DNA from: Eledone cirrhosa
Lineage: Eukaryota
Length of the DNA: 64,000 nt
Direction of reading: 5' to 3'
Assembly: GCA_964016885.1 (NCBI GenBank)
Contig: OZ024746.1
Coordinates: 54,994,001-55,058,000, forward strand
The notes beneath the pieces are model-generated. The model worked only from the letters and a program-made list of their open reading frames with translations, was not told the DNA's origin and did no database searches. Made by a program: the position numbers and the translations under genes. Shown here piece by piece: positions 32,533 to 46,103 of this stretch; positions within the stretch are counted from its first letter, which is position 1; every line of letters begins with the position of its first letter.

Positions 32533-34762
32533 AACGTTCTATTTAAAGTTGTTGGGATACAACAAGTAAATATTTTTTTAACTGATATAAAGCACTCGAC
32601 AAATTTTTGGAGTAGATATACGATATTAATAAATGGAAACTATATTTATAAAACCATATTTATTTCATTATAACTAAAAATGTAGTGTACAATTGTAATG
32701 TTAAAACTAATTTAAATTCATTTAACTCTGTTGGTTCCACCTCTACAGAATCTAAATTTCGCTTCAATAATCATAAGAACTCTTTCACAGATCCAAACAA
32801 AAAATCTTCAACTTTGCTATCGAGCCTACTATGGGACCTAAAACGAGATAATATTAAATATTCGATGAATTGGAATATTATTTCAAAATCTACTCCTTTT
32901 AATTCCTCTTCAGAAAATTGTGATCTTTGTATTGAAGAAATATTCTTTATATTAAAGTCCAAAAATTCCCTTAATCTGAGGAACAATTTATTCAGTTGCT
33001 GCAGACATAGATTGAACTCAACGTTAAATATAAATATAAATTTAAAATGTAGTATAATTAATTAAGTAATTTTAGTATATACTATATATACTAAACTACT
33101 CGAAAATGTCTATACTTCCAATGTATTAAATAATATATACGTAAGGTAAATTTCTATATTAAATATAAGGTTATCTGTAGAATCATTGGGTTTTTTAAAT
33201 TTTTTAAATCTTTTAAATTATTTTTAATTGTTTTGATTATGATAGCTTCTCATAATTTTCACAAGTCTACCCTCTCAATATCTTGATTGAGATATACGTA
33301 GGATAAATTTCTATACTAAATATATAAAACATATTATTCTAACTTAAGAAACTCTATAGTGTTTTAATGATATTTAATGCTTTGATATTTCTAGATTTCT
33401 TTTGTCTATATAGTTGCATTTCCAAAATATATTCCTTTCGTATTTTAAATTTATATTGTTATGGTTATATTTACAAATTATAATCCTTTGTTAATTTATT
33501 GATATTGGATTATCTCTATACAAATGCATAGGTGTGTATTAACATGCATAGAAAGTATTATAGATTTTTTTGTGTTTGTATGTGTCTGTATATATACATG
33601 AGTGATGCATGAGGACGCACGCAAATATTTATTTATACATATGTATGTGTATATATGTATGTGTATATATCTATGTGGTTGAGAGGTATGTTGCATATGT
33701 GCATAATATTAAACACATGAATGGTAATCGTATATATGAGGACATGATTGTTAATCGTATATATTTGTATATATATACTGTGAAATTTTTATAACACAAT
33801 GAGTGTATAGCAGTGATTAAGAGAAATCATTTACGTTTTGTATGGCTATATTGTTGGCTTGAGTAAACATAATTTTTATTTTCAGGACGTGCGTATCTAT
33901 ATGTATTTGTATATACACATATATTTGTATGTCTTTGCATAAAATACTAATCTCTATAGCAAGGATACATTTTGAACTCAGATTTTGGTATATTGATCTC
34001 AAGTTTCTAAACTAAACATATGGTCATTATTGAACACAAATCCCGCCGAGGTTAACTTTGCCTTTCATCCTTACGGGGTCGATAAAATAAAGTACCAGTA
34101 ATGTACTGGGTAATTTTCTGGCCTTGTGCCAATAGTAGAAACAATTATTGAACAATGTTTAATTTCTCATATTATATATGTATGTCCCATTCATGAATAT
34201 TGATACTTATATTTATATTTTTATTATTCATTTCATATAAATTGTTAACTCAACTTAATATGACATGACGTAAAGTTGTCACTGTCCCCCTCTCTCTATA
34301 TAGTATTTCTCTCTCTTGAGTTCCTCTTTCTGTATGATGACTTGAAATCTCTCTGTTGCTTTCCTTTGTTTTTCTTATTACTTCCTTTTCTTTCGTTTTT
34401 AATTCCTCCTATCTTTATCTATCTCTTTCTTCTCTCCATACATTTCTCTCTCTCTCCGATATTTCTCCAGGTTTTCTTTCTCTTTTCTTTCTCTCTCTCT
34501 GTCTTTGTTCTTTTCTCTTTCTTTCTCTCCGTCTTTTTCTAATTGTGCTTAACACTATGAATTATTAGATAAACAAATCACTATCCAGACAGCCTCCAAA
34601 CGTAATGGTTGTATTTTAAAGGGTACGTCAAACGTATTTGTAAAACTGTTATATATTGTATTTTACCTGATGAAGGCATACCATAATTTAATGTGGTATC
34701 CCTGAAATATGTATAATGAAATAAATATGGTTTTATAAATATAGTTTCCATTTATTAATATC

Positions 34763-34862
<100 letters not shown>

Positions 34863-34863
34863 G

Positions 34864-34955
<92 letters not shown>

Positions 34956-34963
34956 TATGTATG

Positions 34964-34994
<31 letters not shown>

Positions 34995-35038
34995 GTATAT
35001 ATATATATGTATATATAAATATATATGTATATATACAT

Positions 35039-35107
<69 letters not shown>

Positions 35108-35727
35108 AAATAAAGTTAAATAAAAGTCAAATGATTAAAATTTAGCTTCGTTTATTACTGCTATATATATTTCAGTGACAGCCATCATTGGCTGTTACCT
35201 CTTCAGGCAGTTTGAATTAGTATGGTATAGACAAGTACATATGTTGTTTAGGTGTATAATATTGTCAATACTCTGATATGTCCAGTTCCTTGTTGGTTTG
35301 TTAATTCACTGAGGAACTGGAGTCATATCTTATATGACTCCAGTTCCTCAGTGAAATAACAACCCAACAACGAACTGGGCATATCAGAGTATTGACAATA
35401 TTATACACCTAAACAACATATGTACTTGTCTATACCATACTAATTCAAACTGCCTGAAGAGGTCACAGCCAAAGATGGCTGTCACTGAAATATATATAGC
35501 AGTAATAAATGAAGCTAAGTTTTAATCATTTGACTTTTATTTAACTTTATTTTACACTACTCCGGAGTAACCAAACCAACCTGCGCACTTCGTCGAGTGC
35601 TCCAGCCTGCATACTGAGGTATTGGTATACAACCAACACAAACTCAAAATATATACATATGTATACATATATATATATATATATGTGTATATATATGTAT
35701 ATATATATATATATATATATGTGTATA

Positions 35728-35817
<90 letters not shown>

Positions 35818-35857
35818 CATATTTATATGTATATATATATATGTATATATACCTATA

Positions 35858-35920
<63 letters not shown>

Positions 35921-35931
35921 ATATATATATG

Positions 35932-35964
<33 letters not shown>

Positions 35965-36085
35965 GTATATGTATATATATTTTTATTAAAATATGTAAGC
36001 TGGCCTTAGCAACTCCACTGAAGATGCTCTTCAGAAGCTCCTTGGCTAGCGGTGTACTACCCAGGGAGCTGAAAGAAAGCACAAT

Positions 36086-37516
36086 ATGCCTATCCATAAA
36101 GGAGGTAGTAGAGCTGAGGCCAAGAACTATAAGCCAGTCTCCCTGACGTCGCATATCAGTAAGGTCATGGAGCGAGTCATCAGAAAGAAACTAATCACTT
36201 TCCTCGAAGAAAATGACCGCCTGACTAGCACGCAACATGGCTTCCGCCCAGGAAGAAGCTGCCTTACACAGCTGCTACATCACTACGACTGGGTACTGAG
36301 ACAACTACTAGACAGCTCACATGTGGACGTGATATATCTTGACTTTGCGAAGGCCTTTGACAAGGTCGACCACGGAATGATATGTCACAAACTACACGGA
36401 CTCGGCATAACTGGAAAAGTAGGTGAGTGGCTGCATGGCTTCCTAAGGGGCAGAAGCCAGGCAGTCGCAGCAAATGGGGCCCTCTCGACGGAAACACCAT
36501 TAACAAGTGGGGTGCCCCAGGGGACAGTCCTGGGACCACTACTGTTTTTGGTGGCTCTCTCGGACATGCCCGCTGTGGTGCATGCAACAACATCCCTCAC
36601 TAGCTATGCTGATGACACTAAGGTGGCACAGGCAATCAAAAACCCGGCTGACGCTGCCCTTTTACAGCAGGATCTGGATGCCATATGCAAATGGGCGGAA
36701 GAAAACAACATGCAGTTTAATGCTGGCAAATTCCAAGCCCTACAATACAAACCTGCAAACACAAATATAGTGGAACACAGCTACACAGGACCAGGAGGGA
36801 CCGATATCCCCGTGTCAAAATCGATACGAGACCTGGGCATAGACATGAGCGATGATGCATCTTTTTCTGCGCACATCATGAAAGTGGCGACAATGTGCAG
36901 ACGACACGCTGGCTGGATCTTGAGGACTTTCCGGACAAGAGACCGAGACACCATGTTGACACTGTGGAGGACCTTTGTCCTAAGCCGCCTGGACAACTGC
37001 TCCAAGTTGTGGTCACCCCATAGTGTCAAACTAACCACGGAGCTTGAGGCAATCCAGCGAATCTACACCAAGATGATTGCCAAGATGAGGGAGACAAGCT
37101 ACTGGGAGAGGCTAAAGGAACTGAACCTCTATTCCTTGGAGCGAAGACGGGAGAGATACGCAGTGATCTACATGTGGAAAATCCTGGAGGGACTAGCACC
37201 AACCTTTGGCATTGGGAGCTGGACCAACCGTCGAACAGGACGTCACTGTGTGGTGCCAAAGGTCCCGTCTTCCACATCTAGAATAAGGAGCAGGTATTGC
37301 AATAGCCTGGGATTCAAGGGCCCTCAACTCTTCAACGGGCTGCCGAGGGATCTGAGAGACTTGCATGACGTAGAGGTGGATGTCTTTAAGAAACATCTCG
37401 ACACCTTGTTATCCAGGATCCCGGATGAGCCCACAGCAAGACACGGGGAAAACCTAAGGGCAGCAGCAAAAAACTCCCTCTTACACCAGTGGCCAACCTA
37501 TACAGGGTGGAGATAA
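36086..37516 (+). CDS. Same CR1-group RT ORF in the duplicated block
   Basis: Translation is identical to 24621-26051. Confidence 0.85.
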   Translation: MPIHKGGSRAEAKNYKPVSLTSHISKVMERVIRKKLITFLEENDRLTSTQHGFRPGRSCLTQLLHHYDWVLRQLLDSSHVDVIYLDFAKAFDKVDHGMICHKLHGLGITGKVGEWLHGFLRGRSQAVAANGALSTETPLTSGVPQGTVLGPLLFLVALSDMPAVVHATTSLTSYADDTKVAQAIKNPADAALLQQDLDAICKWAEENNMQFNAGKFQALQYKPANTNIVEHSYTGPGGTDIPVSKSIRDLGIDMSDDASFSAHIMKVATMCRRHAGWILRTFRTRDRDTMLTLWRTFVLSRLDNCSKLWSPHSVKLTTELEAIQRIYTKMIAKMRETSYWERLKELNLYSLERRRERYAVIYMWKILEGLAPTFGIGSWTNRRTGRHCVVPKVPSSTSRIRSRYCNSLGFKGPQLFNGLPRDLRDLHDVEVDVFKKHLDTLLSRIPDEPTARHGENLRAAAKNSLLHQWPTYTGWR

Positions 37517-37602
37517 AATGTGTAGCAACAAGGGCGTTGCCCCAGCATGGCCTCAGCCGGATGGCTGGAACAGGTAAAAGAGTAAAAGAGTATATGTATA
37601 TA

Positions 37603-37675
<73 letters not shown>

Positions 37676-37720
37676 GCATATATATATATATGTATATATA
37701 TATGCATATATATATATATG

Positions 37721-37797
<77 letters not shown>

Positions 37798-37863
37798 GTA
37801 TATATATATATGTATATATATATATATGTATATATATATATGTATATATATATATACATATAT

Positions 37864-38269
37864 AGAGATGACCCCTTAGCCTTTGTCAAGGCATAATTCT
37901 AGAAGATGGAAAACTCTGATATAACACCTGCAACTCTGATGGTATCCAATGATGTTGACTTGTTCTTCTTTTTCGTAAATATCATCTTGGTTAAGAGAGT
38001 GGGACTGGCTTTGTGCAGCGCCTTTGCTCACTATAAAAGCTTCACGGCACAGGCATTCCTTTATATCTGGAGATCTCTCTGCACTTGTCGTCACATGGTA
38101 CCATGGGCCCAGCACTATGTGTCAATAATTGTCACAGGTGTGGTGTTTGTGCCAGAGTTTTCTGGTCGCTGGCTGGACTAAAAAGTCACACTCGTTCTGC
38201 GCATCAGTAGGAGTTCTCCTACATGGATATAAAGTAGTGGCCGTACTCGAAAACGAGTTGGCAGCCACC

Positions 38270-38270
<1 letters not shown>
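37864..38270 (+). mobile_element. Second, diverged and 5'-truncated copy of the short RTE derivative
   Basis: Homologous to 20260-20665 with scattered substitutions. A partial copy at 26410-26641 runs into the gap. Confidence 0.75.
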
Positions 38271-38323
<53 letters not shown>

Positions 38324-38378
38324 GTATATATATATATGTGTATATATATATGTATATATATATATATATGTATATATG

Positions 38379-38409
<31 letters not shown>

Positions 38410-38410
38410 G

Positions 38411-38441
<31 letters not shown>

Positions 38442-38450
38442 GTATATATG

Positions 38451-38481
<31 letters not shown>

Positions 38482-38482
38482 G

Positions 38483-38513
<31 letters not shown>

Positions 38514-38794
38514 GTATATATATATTATTAAGTGTAATAAATTCTTTTACAATGGAATTAGCTCGAAGAAAGAAATATTTCTGAGCCGTGTATAAACTAT
38601 ATGTATATATGTATATGTATATATACGTATATATATATATATGTATATATGTATATGTATATATATGTATATATGTATATATATATATATGTATATATGT
38701 ATATGTATGTATATATATGTACGTATATATATATGTATATATATATATATGTATATATGTATATATGTATATATATATATATGTATATATAAAG

Positions 38795-39350
38795 AATTAA
38801 TATATCTACCGACATATGTATACAGATGCATACCTACGCTAGCAGATATATATGTTTTGTCTTAGTAACGTTGTAGTTATATGCAGGGGAATGCAGAACA
38901 TTTATATGAAAGACGTAAATAAGAAAGTTATGAAAATTGACTTACTTACTAAAATTTCACTCCAACTAATTACTTTCTGTAAGGGGATAAATACAGTTAT
39001 GTAATACCTGTAGAGAAGCCTTACGTCATCAGGGAATCTATTCTCAGCTAAGCCACCAGGCAATGCGGGGACACTGGAAGCTTATATAACAATAATTCAG
39101 TGGATGGAAAAAAGCGAAAAAATCGAGCGGGGCTAGATTCTAAGCCACTGAAAAATTCGCTGCCTTCTTGGTCAAGTGGCAAATTCAAAAGAATTAATCA
39201 CGTGACACTGAGGTTAACCAGCTCTGAGTGGGGTGCTATTAAGACAGAGCCTAGCCACTACTATCACTCACAGTAGTAATTTGGCAAATTTTGCTCAACA
39301 AATAATTTGGAGCAGAATAAAAAAATTAATATATCTACCGACATATGTAT
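38795..39350 (-). mobile_element. Retrozyme-like non-coding HHR element, copy 2, terminally redundant
   Basis: 27-nt direct repeat AATTAATATATCTACCGACATATGTAT at 38795-38821 and 39324-39350 (period 529). HHR at 38959-39037. Confidence 0.82.
38959..39037 (-). ncRNA. Hammerhead ribozyme motif
   Basis: Minus strand: attcc-CTGATGA-c-gtaagg...ccttac-a-GAAA-gtaattag-TT-ggagt. Confidence 0.72.
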
Positions 39351-39365
39351 TCACCAAACTTCTAA

Positions 39366-41678
39366 TTGAAAAAAACTGACTCTTTCGTAAGAAGACTTAG
39401 ATGGATAGCCTATTTCTATGACCAGCGCCTAAAAGGGAACTTCTATACCAAAGAACATAACCTCCTCGATCATCTATTTAATTCTGGAAGAAATCCTCCT
39501 TCCAACAAAAATCTTGTGCAATTCGAGGAAGAATTAACTAAAATTATAAAAAATCTTAAATTCAAGAGATACCCTTACAAAGGACAAGAGCACCTTGTAA
39601 ATCTCAAGAACACAATTTCAGACCTAAATTCCTCAAAAAATGTTTTAGTTCACTCTGACAAAACCAATAACTTATATGGTATTTCCAAGGATAATTATAA
39701 CAATCTTATCCTAAAGGAACTTAGGAAAAAATATCGTAAAACCAACCATGAAAATTTAGAATACATAAACTTTGAAGCCTCTGAGATTATGTCAAAACTT
39801 GGCATTGAAAAAAAAACAGAACGATTCCTCCCAAGAACTCCGAGGATAAATCTCAAGGATCACAAAAACAATTTTCGCACTGAACTACCTGTTAGATTAA
39901 TCGCCCCCTCTAAATCAGATCTGGGGGTTGTTAGTAAAGCCATCTAGGATAGAATTATCCCACAGGTTCGTTCTAATTGCTCTTCTTTGAACCTAAATTT
40001 ATGGTTTGGTACTTCTGAAGTGATTAGCTGGTTCAACAAATTGAATAATAAAAACAAACTAAAATTTGTTCAATTTGATATTGCCAGCTACTATTCTTCT
40101 ATTTCGCCTTCACTTCTCAATAATGCTCTATCTTTCGCACTTAAATATTCTGACAGCACCACGGATGAACTTCACATCATTCTCACCGCACGTAAAACCA
40201 TCCTAGAGTTCAACAACGAATATTGGACCAGAGCCGATACCACTAACAACTTCGACATCACAATGGGAGCATCCGATTCATCCCAATTGACAGATTTAAT
40301 TGGTATCTTTATTTTGAACTCTTTGAGTCGGAAAATTCCTCAACTTCGCGGTGGAATTTATCGTGACGATGGACTCTTTACTATCATAAATTGCAACATA
40401 GTTAACCTTAATATTATTAAGAACAATATACGTAATCTCTTTAACCAACATAACCTAAAAATTGAATTTGATAACAGCATCAAACTAGCTAATTTCTTGG
40501 ATGTATCTCTTAATCTTGACACTGGCCTATATTACCCTTACCATAAAAACAATGAGAACCTAAATTATGTTAACTTTAAATCTAACCATCCTACTAATAT
40601 CAAGAATGCTATAGTTAGTAATATTGGAAAAAGAATATCTAACCTATCTTCTAATAAACACATCTTTGATGCTAACGCCAATTACTATAATAACGCGCTT
40701 TCTAAAGCCGGCTATCCTGATAAAATCAAATATAGTAAAGAAACAAATTCTAGAAGAAATTACAGTAGAATAATTAATCATGGTCATTCCAATAACTTTA
40801 ATAAAAGACCTAGATACAAAAACATAATCTGGTATAATGCTCCTTTCTCCATCTCTATTAATAATAATATTCCTGAATTATTCTTTAGTGCCTTAAATAA
40901 ATGCTTCCCTCCCTCACATATCTATAGTAAAATATTTAACAAACACACTATAAAATTTTCCTATTCTACATCCTCCAACATTTCCAACATTATCTCTAAA
41001 CACAACAATAAAATACTAAATACCAAATCTCTTCCTTCCAACACTGAATATCATAATAATAGTACTCCCGACGTCATTGTAAACCCTAGGCTAATTTCTA
41101 CAAACCCAAATACAACGTCAAACACAACTTCGCTAAATGTTCTTAATCCCATTCAAGAAACTATTATTCCTATCGCAAATAACTTCTTCAATCCAATTCC
41201 TTCTATAGATAACAATAGGTCACTCATTAATAATCTCTCTAATCGCAATTGCAATTGCCCTATTAAAAATAAATGTCCTCTCAACAACCATTGTCTTGAT
41301 AAAAACCTAATTTACGAATGTAAAGTTATAACTGACACCAATTCCTTCACCTATTTTGGCTCCACTTCCACCTCTTTTAAAGCTCGTCTTTATAACCATC
41401 ATTCGTCTTTTAAATACAAACTTAAAAGAACCAACACGGCTCTCTCAGAACTCATATGGTCCTTGAAAGACAAAAATATTAAATATAGCATCTTTTGGAA
41501 GAAGGTTTCTTCTGCGTTTTCATACTTGAACAGTTCTCTATCCAAAATTTGCATTCTCTGTCTAAATGAAAAGTTTACCATTATTTCTAATTTAGATTCT
41601 ATAATAAATAGACGCACTGACTTGTTTTCTATCTGCTTGCATAAGTTCCATAAAACATTTCACAAAGTATACAGCTAA
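39366..41678 (+). pseudogene. PLE RT/GIY-YIG endonuclease ORF with one in-frame TAG (39945-39947)
   Basis: FVRRLRW, FDIASYY, FDITMGASDS, GIYRDDGL, FLDVSL, SNHP, CNCx5CPLx3CL, LIYEC...YFGST...FKARLYNH, CILCLNEK, CLH. ORFs 39366-39947 and 39987-41678 are in the same frame. Confidence 0.9.
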
Positions 41679-42542
41679 TATTCAATTCTTTATCAATTTA
41701 TAATCTTTTTCTCAAAGGCACATATATATATACACTTCTTTTAAAAATATACCCATCTTTCTACCTTATTTCAAAGGTTATTATACATTCTATAATACTT
41801 GTTACTCATTCTACATCACTCCTATTTATCACTTCCCTTTCTTCTCTTCTTCTTTTAATGTCTAACCCCTAATCTGTACCTTTTCTCACTCTTGCCTAAC
41901 ATAGAATCAATTATTACATAATACAATACATTCTTACTCTATATCACCTTGTAAAAATCCTTCGTAAACATATACATTTTTTGACGTTAGATTATTCATC
42001 CTAAATTCATTATTCTTTTTCTCCCTTTCATCTAACTCATTCATGCTCATCTCACAATATTTCCTTACTTAAATAACCTGTTGTTCCTTTTAATAATACA
42101 TATCTACATTTTCTTAACATCGCACATATTATTGAACCCTTAAATATTATTCTCAATACATATTAACATTTTCTTTTTCATCGCACATATTATCAAACCC
42201 CTCAATATACAAACCTTAACTTTACATTATTTTTTTCTCTTCGTTAATTTTCAAATTCATTTAATTTATACATTATCTTCCAACGATTTTCAACCTCTCT
42301 ATGTAAAACAATATATCTTTCTCAGTTATAAAAGCGATCTCTCTCTCTCTATCACCCATCTCTCCTCCTATCTCATCCTTCCTCATTATACTCCTCCTTC
42401 TCCACTTTTTACTCTCATCTCCCCCACCCCCCCTCGAAATAAAATATTTTTCCCAATATCACACATCAATCTAAAACTACTTCTGATATGTTGACTTAAA
42501 ACTGAACTATCCACAAGTGTTTTTTAACCTTCATATCATGTC

Positions 42543-42624
42543 TTCCTGTTTTATCTGATGAAAACACAAATATTATTGCATGATGATATTTATTTTTGAA
42601 ATGCGCATAATAAAATACATGGAA
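42543..42624 (+). ncRNA. Hammerhead ribozyme motif of Naiad A
   Basis: tcctgttttat-CTGATGA-aaacacaaatat...atatttattttt-GAAA-tgcgca-TA-ataaaatacatgga. Confidence 0.8.
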
Positions 42625-42765
42625 CTCTTTTAACCATCTTTTGTTCTTATATATATATTATATAAATATATATATATACATATATATATACAGATATATA
42701 TACAGATATATATATATACACATATATACACATATATATATATAAATATATATATACATATATAT

Positions 42766-42805
<40 letters not shown>

Positions 42806-42831
42806 ATATATATATATATATATATACATAC

Positions 42832-42908
<77 letters not shown>

Positions 42909-42919
42909 TATATATATAC

Positions 42920-42966
<47 letters not shown>

Positions 42967-42972
42967 GTATAT

Positions 42973-43018
<46 letters not shown>

Positions 43019-43102
43019 ATATATATATATACAATTGTATATATTTATATATACATATGTGTATATATATATATACATATATATATATATACATATATAT
43101 AT

Positions 43103-43153
<51 letters not shown>

Positions 43154-43154
43154 C

Positions 43155-43187
<33 letters not shown>

Positions 43188-43224
43188 CATATGTATATAT
43201 ATATATATACATATATATACACAC

Positions 43225-43262
<38 letters not shown>

Positions 43263-43265
43263 ATA

Positions 43266-43297
<32 letters not shown>

Positions 43298-43303
43298 CAC
43301 ACA

Positions 43304-43338
<35 letters not shown>

Positions 43339-43377
43339 GTGTGTATATATATATGTATATATATATATATACATATG

Positions 43378-43408
<31 letters not shown>

Positions 43409-43438
43409 GTGTGTATATATATGTATATATATATATAC

Positions 43439-43546
<108 letters not shown>

Positions 43547-43610
43547 ATATATATATATATACAAATATATAGATACATATATATATATATATATACATAT
43601 ATATATACAC

Positions 43611-43769
<159 letters not shown>

Positions 43770-43979
43770 TATATACATATATACATTTAAAGTGTACGAT
43801 AAACACGAAATGTGTTTACTTTGCAACAGACAAAGTTAGCCATTTAGCCAAACTAATAAAAGTGAATACAATTTGTCTGTCTCGATATAAGTCAATAAAG
43901 ACAATATTATATTGGCAACAGCCATGATTCCTGGACATATTTAAATTTCAAAATTCAAACCTGTTCTGTAGACGAATTT

Positions 43980-45097
43980 GGACACAATCATAGGCAGGGA
44001 CTACCATGCATCACTAATTGACAATGGAATCCAACGAGTCCTAAAACTCAGTACCCAGGACCTTAGATACCCTAAAGTAAATCAACCGAAACTAAAAGCT
44101 CTTCCATTCATCTCCACACACAACCCCCTCAACAATGAGGCCTTTGACACCATCCTTCAGAACATCCCTGTGTTGAAAAAGGACCATAGAATGAACCAAA
44201 TTCTACGAACACATGATATCATAAAGAGCAAAAGACAATCCAAGTCAATGAAAAACATCCTAACACATGCCAAAGTACTGCCAACCACAACAACGAAACC
44301 CACAGTAAAACACATGCGATAGACCCAACTGTGGCATTTGCATCAACCTAATAGAGGGTTCGGAATTCTATTTCAAAGATGGACAACGTTTTATAGTAAA
44401 ACACAATTTCACATGTGCATCGGAAAATCTAATATATGTATTAACTTGCTCAGGTTGTCGAGAACAATACATAGGCCAGACCAAAAACAGCCTCCGCCAA
44501 CGCATGACTGTCCATAGATCCCAAATTAAAATACGAGAATACAGGAAAATACCACTGAGTGAACACATTGATACCTGTGCCGCCCAAAATCATCCCAACT
44601 TCAGAATCTTTCCCATCTTCAAATTTAAAGATAATGCCACCCACACCCAGCGCATCAGCAAGGAATCTTACTTCATTAACAAATACGGACCCCGTCTAAA
44701 CACTTCTCCCTAAGACGAACCCACAACATACACACGTCAACATACATACCTACATCAGCACACATCTCTACCCACATATAAACACAATGACATACGTAAA
44801 TACACATGCTCTATGGTGCAACACAAAAAAATATGTGTATGTATATGTATATATATATGTATGTATATATATATATATATATATATATAGTGAATATATG
44901 TATGTGTATATATATATAGTGAATATCATTTCACACCTTTTATTGTTAAGATTTTTGATGTTCTAATAAGAGAACCGATTTTACTGAAAAAATCGAATAA
45001 TGTACACCATTTTACCAGGGGGAAAAATACTGGTCCACCCATACACACATATATACACACACACATACACACGCGTACATTAACATACAAAGAGACT

Positions 45098-45128
<31 letters not shown>

Positions 45129-45177
45129 TTCTCCGTATAAGACAAAAGCTGAAAAATATCTACCACGAATTACTCTG

Positions 45178-45240
<63 letters not shown>

Positions 45241-45829
45241 CTTATCTTAATAGCCATTTGACACACATCCCTGAAAACCATTATCACAACATCGAACACC
45301 TTACTACTACTACACACACACACAAACACACACATATTTGTTGTGAAAGAGTCATTTCACAATCTTGGCTCAAAACCAATTTTTTATTCACATGACCTCT
45401 ACCGACCCAATCAAAATTGTTTTGACCACAAGAATTTTTGCAAACACCAAGTAGCGCTGGAGCCACTTTTTTAACATAAAAACATTCTTGGCGCAAAATC
45501 AATTTTTTACATTCACATGACCTCTACCGACCAATCAAAATTGTTTTGACCACAAGAATTTTTGCAACACCAAAGTAACGCTGGAGCCACTTTTTAAACA
45601 TAAAAATAGGTAGAATTCCAAAAACTAATCAGATCAGAGCAAACAGCACGGACACTCTATCTCAAAAATTATTTTGAAAAGCATTTAGAAATGCGCAACC
45701 GGTAAAAAATTGAAAACTTAAAACCACAACTGAATACTAACCGATACAATCACTAATACTCTTTTATTCCTAATTAAACCATTTTCAACTGTGAACAAAT
45801 TGTCAGCAATTTCTATTCCATTTACCAAT
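43980..45829 (+). mobile_element. Neptune-type PLE, 5'-truncated copy 1
   Basis: Linker C-x4-C-x2-C plus FTCASENLIYVLTCSGCREQYIGQT...RMTVHRSQI (43978-44713, frameshift near 44315). CA-rich 3' region. Confidence 0.85.
45667..45711 (+). ncRNA. Variant HHR-like motif in the Neptune 3' end (mirror copy ~50708-50745 on minus)
   Basis: TTGAAAA-gcattt(ag)aaatgc-GCAA-ccgg-TA, positionally homologous to 19222-19259. Confidence 0.5.
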
Positions 45830-45851
45830 ATATATATATATATATATACAC

Positions 45852-45883
<32 letters not shown>

Positions 45884-45886
45884 CAC

Positions 45887-46020
<134 letters not shown>

Positions 46021-46031
46021 ATTTATATGTG

Positions 46032-46064
<33 letters not shown>

Positions 46065-46103
46065 ATAAACATATAAATATATATATATATATAAATATAT
46101 ATA

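Larger units (their letters stand above)
39351..42650 (+). mobile_element. Naiad-type Penelope-like element family A (5'-truncated)
   Basis: RT + GIY-YIG ORF, ~950-nt pyrimidine-rich 3' UTR, and an HHR just before the (TA)n flank. Confidence 0.9.

Noticed and set aside
39945-39947. In-frame stop in the Naiad ORF as possible selenocysteine recoding (known in some Naiads)
   Set aside because: The codon is TAG, not TGA, at a likely Leu position (AI*DRI). All Cys motifs use normal codons.
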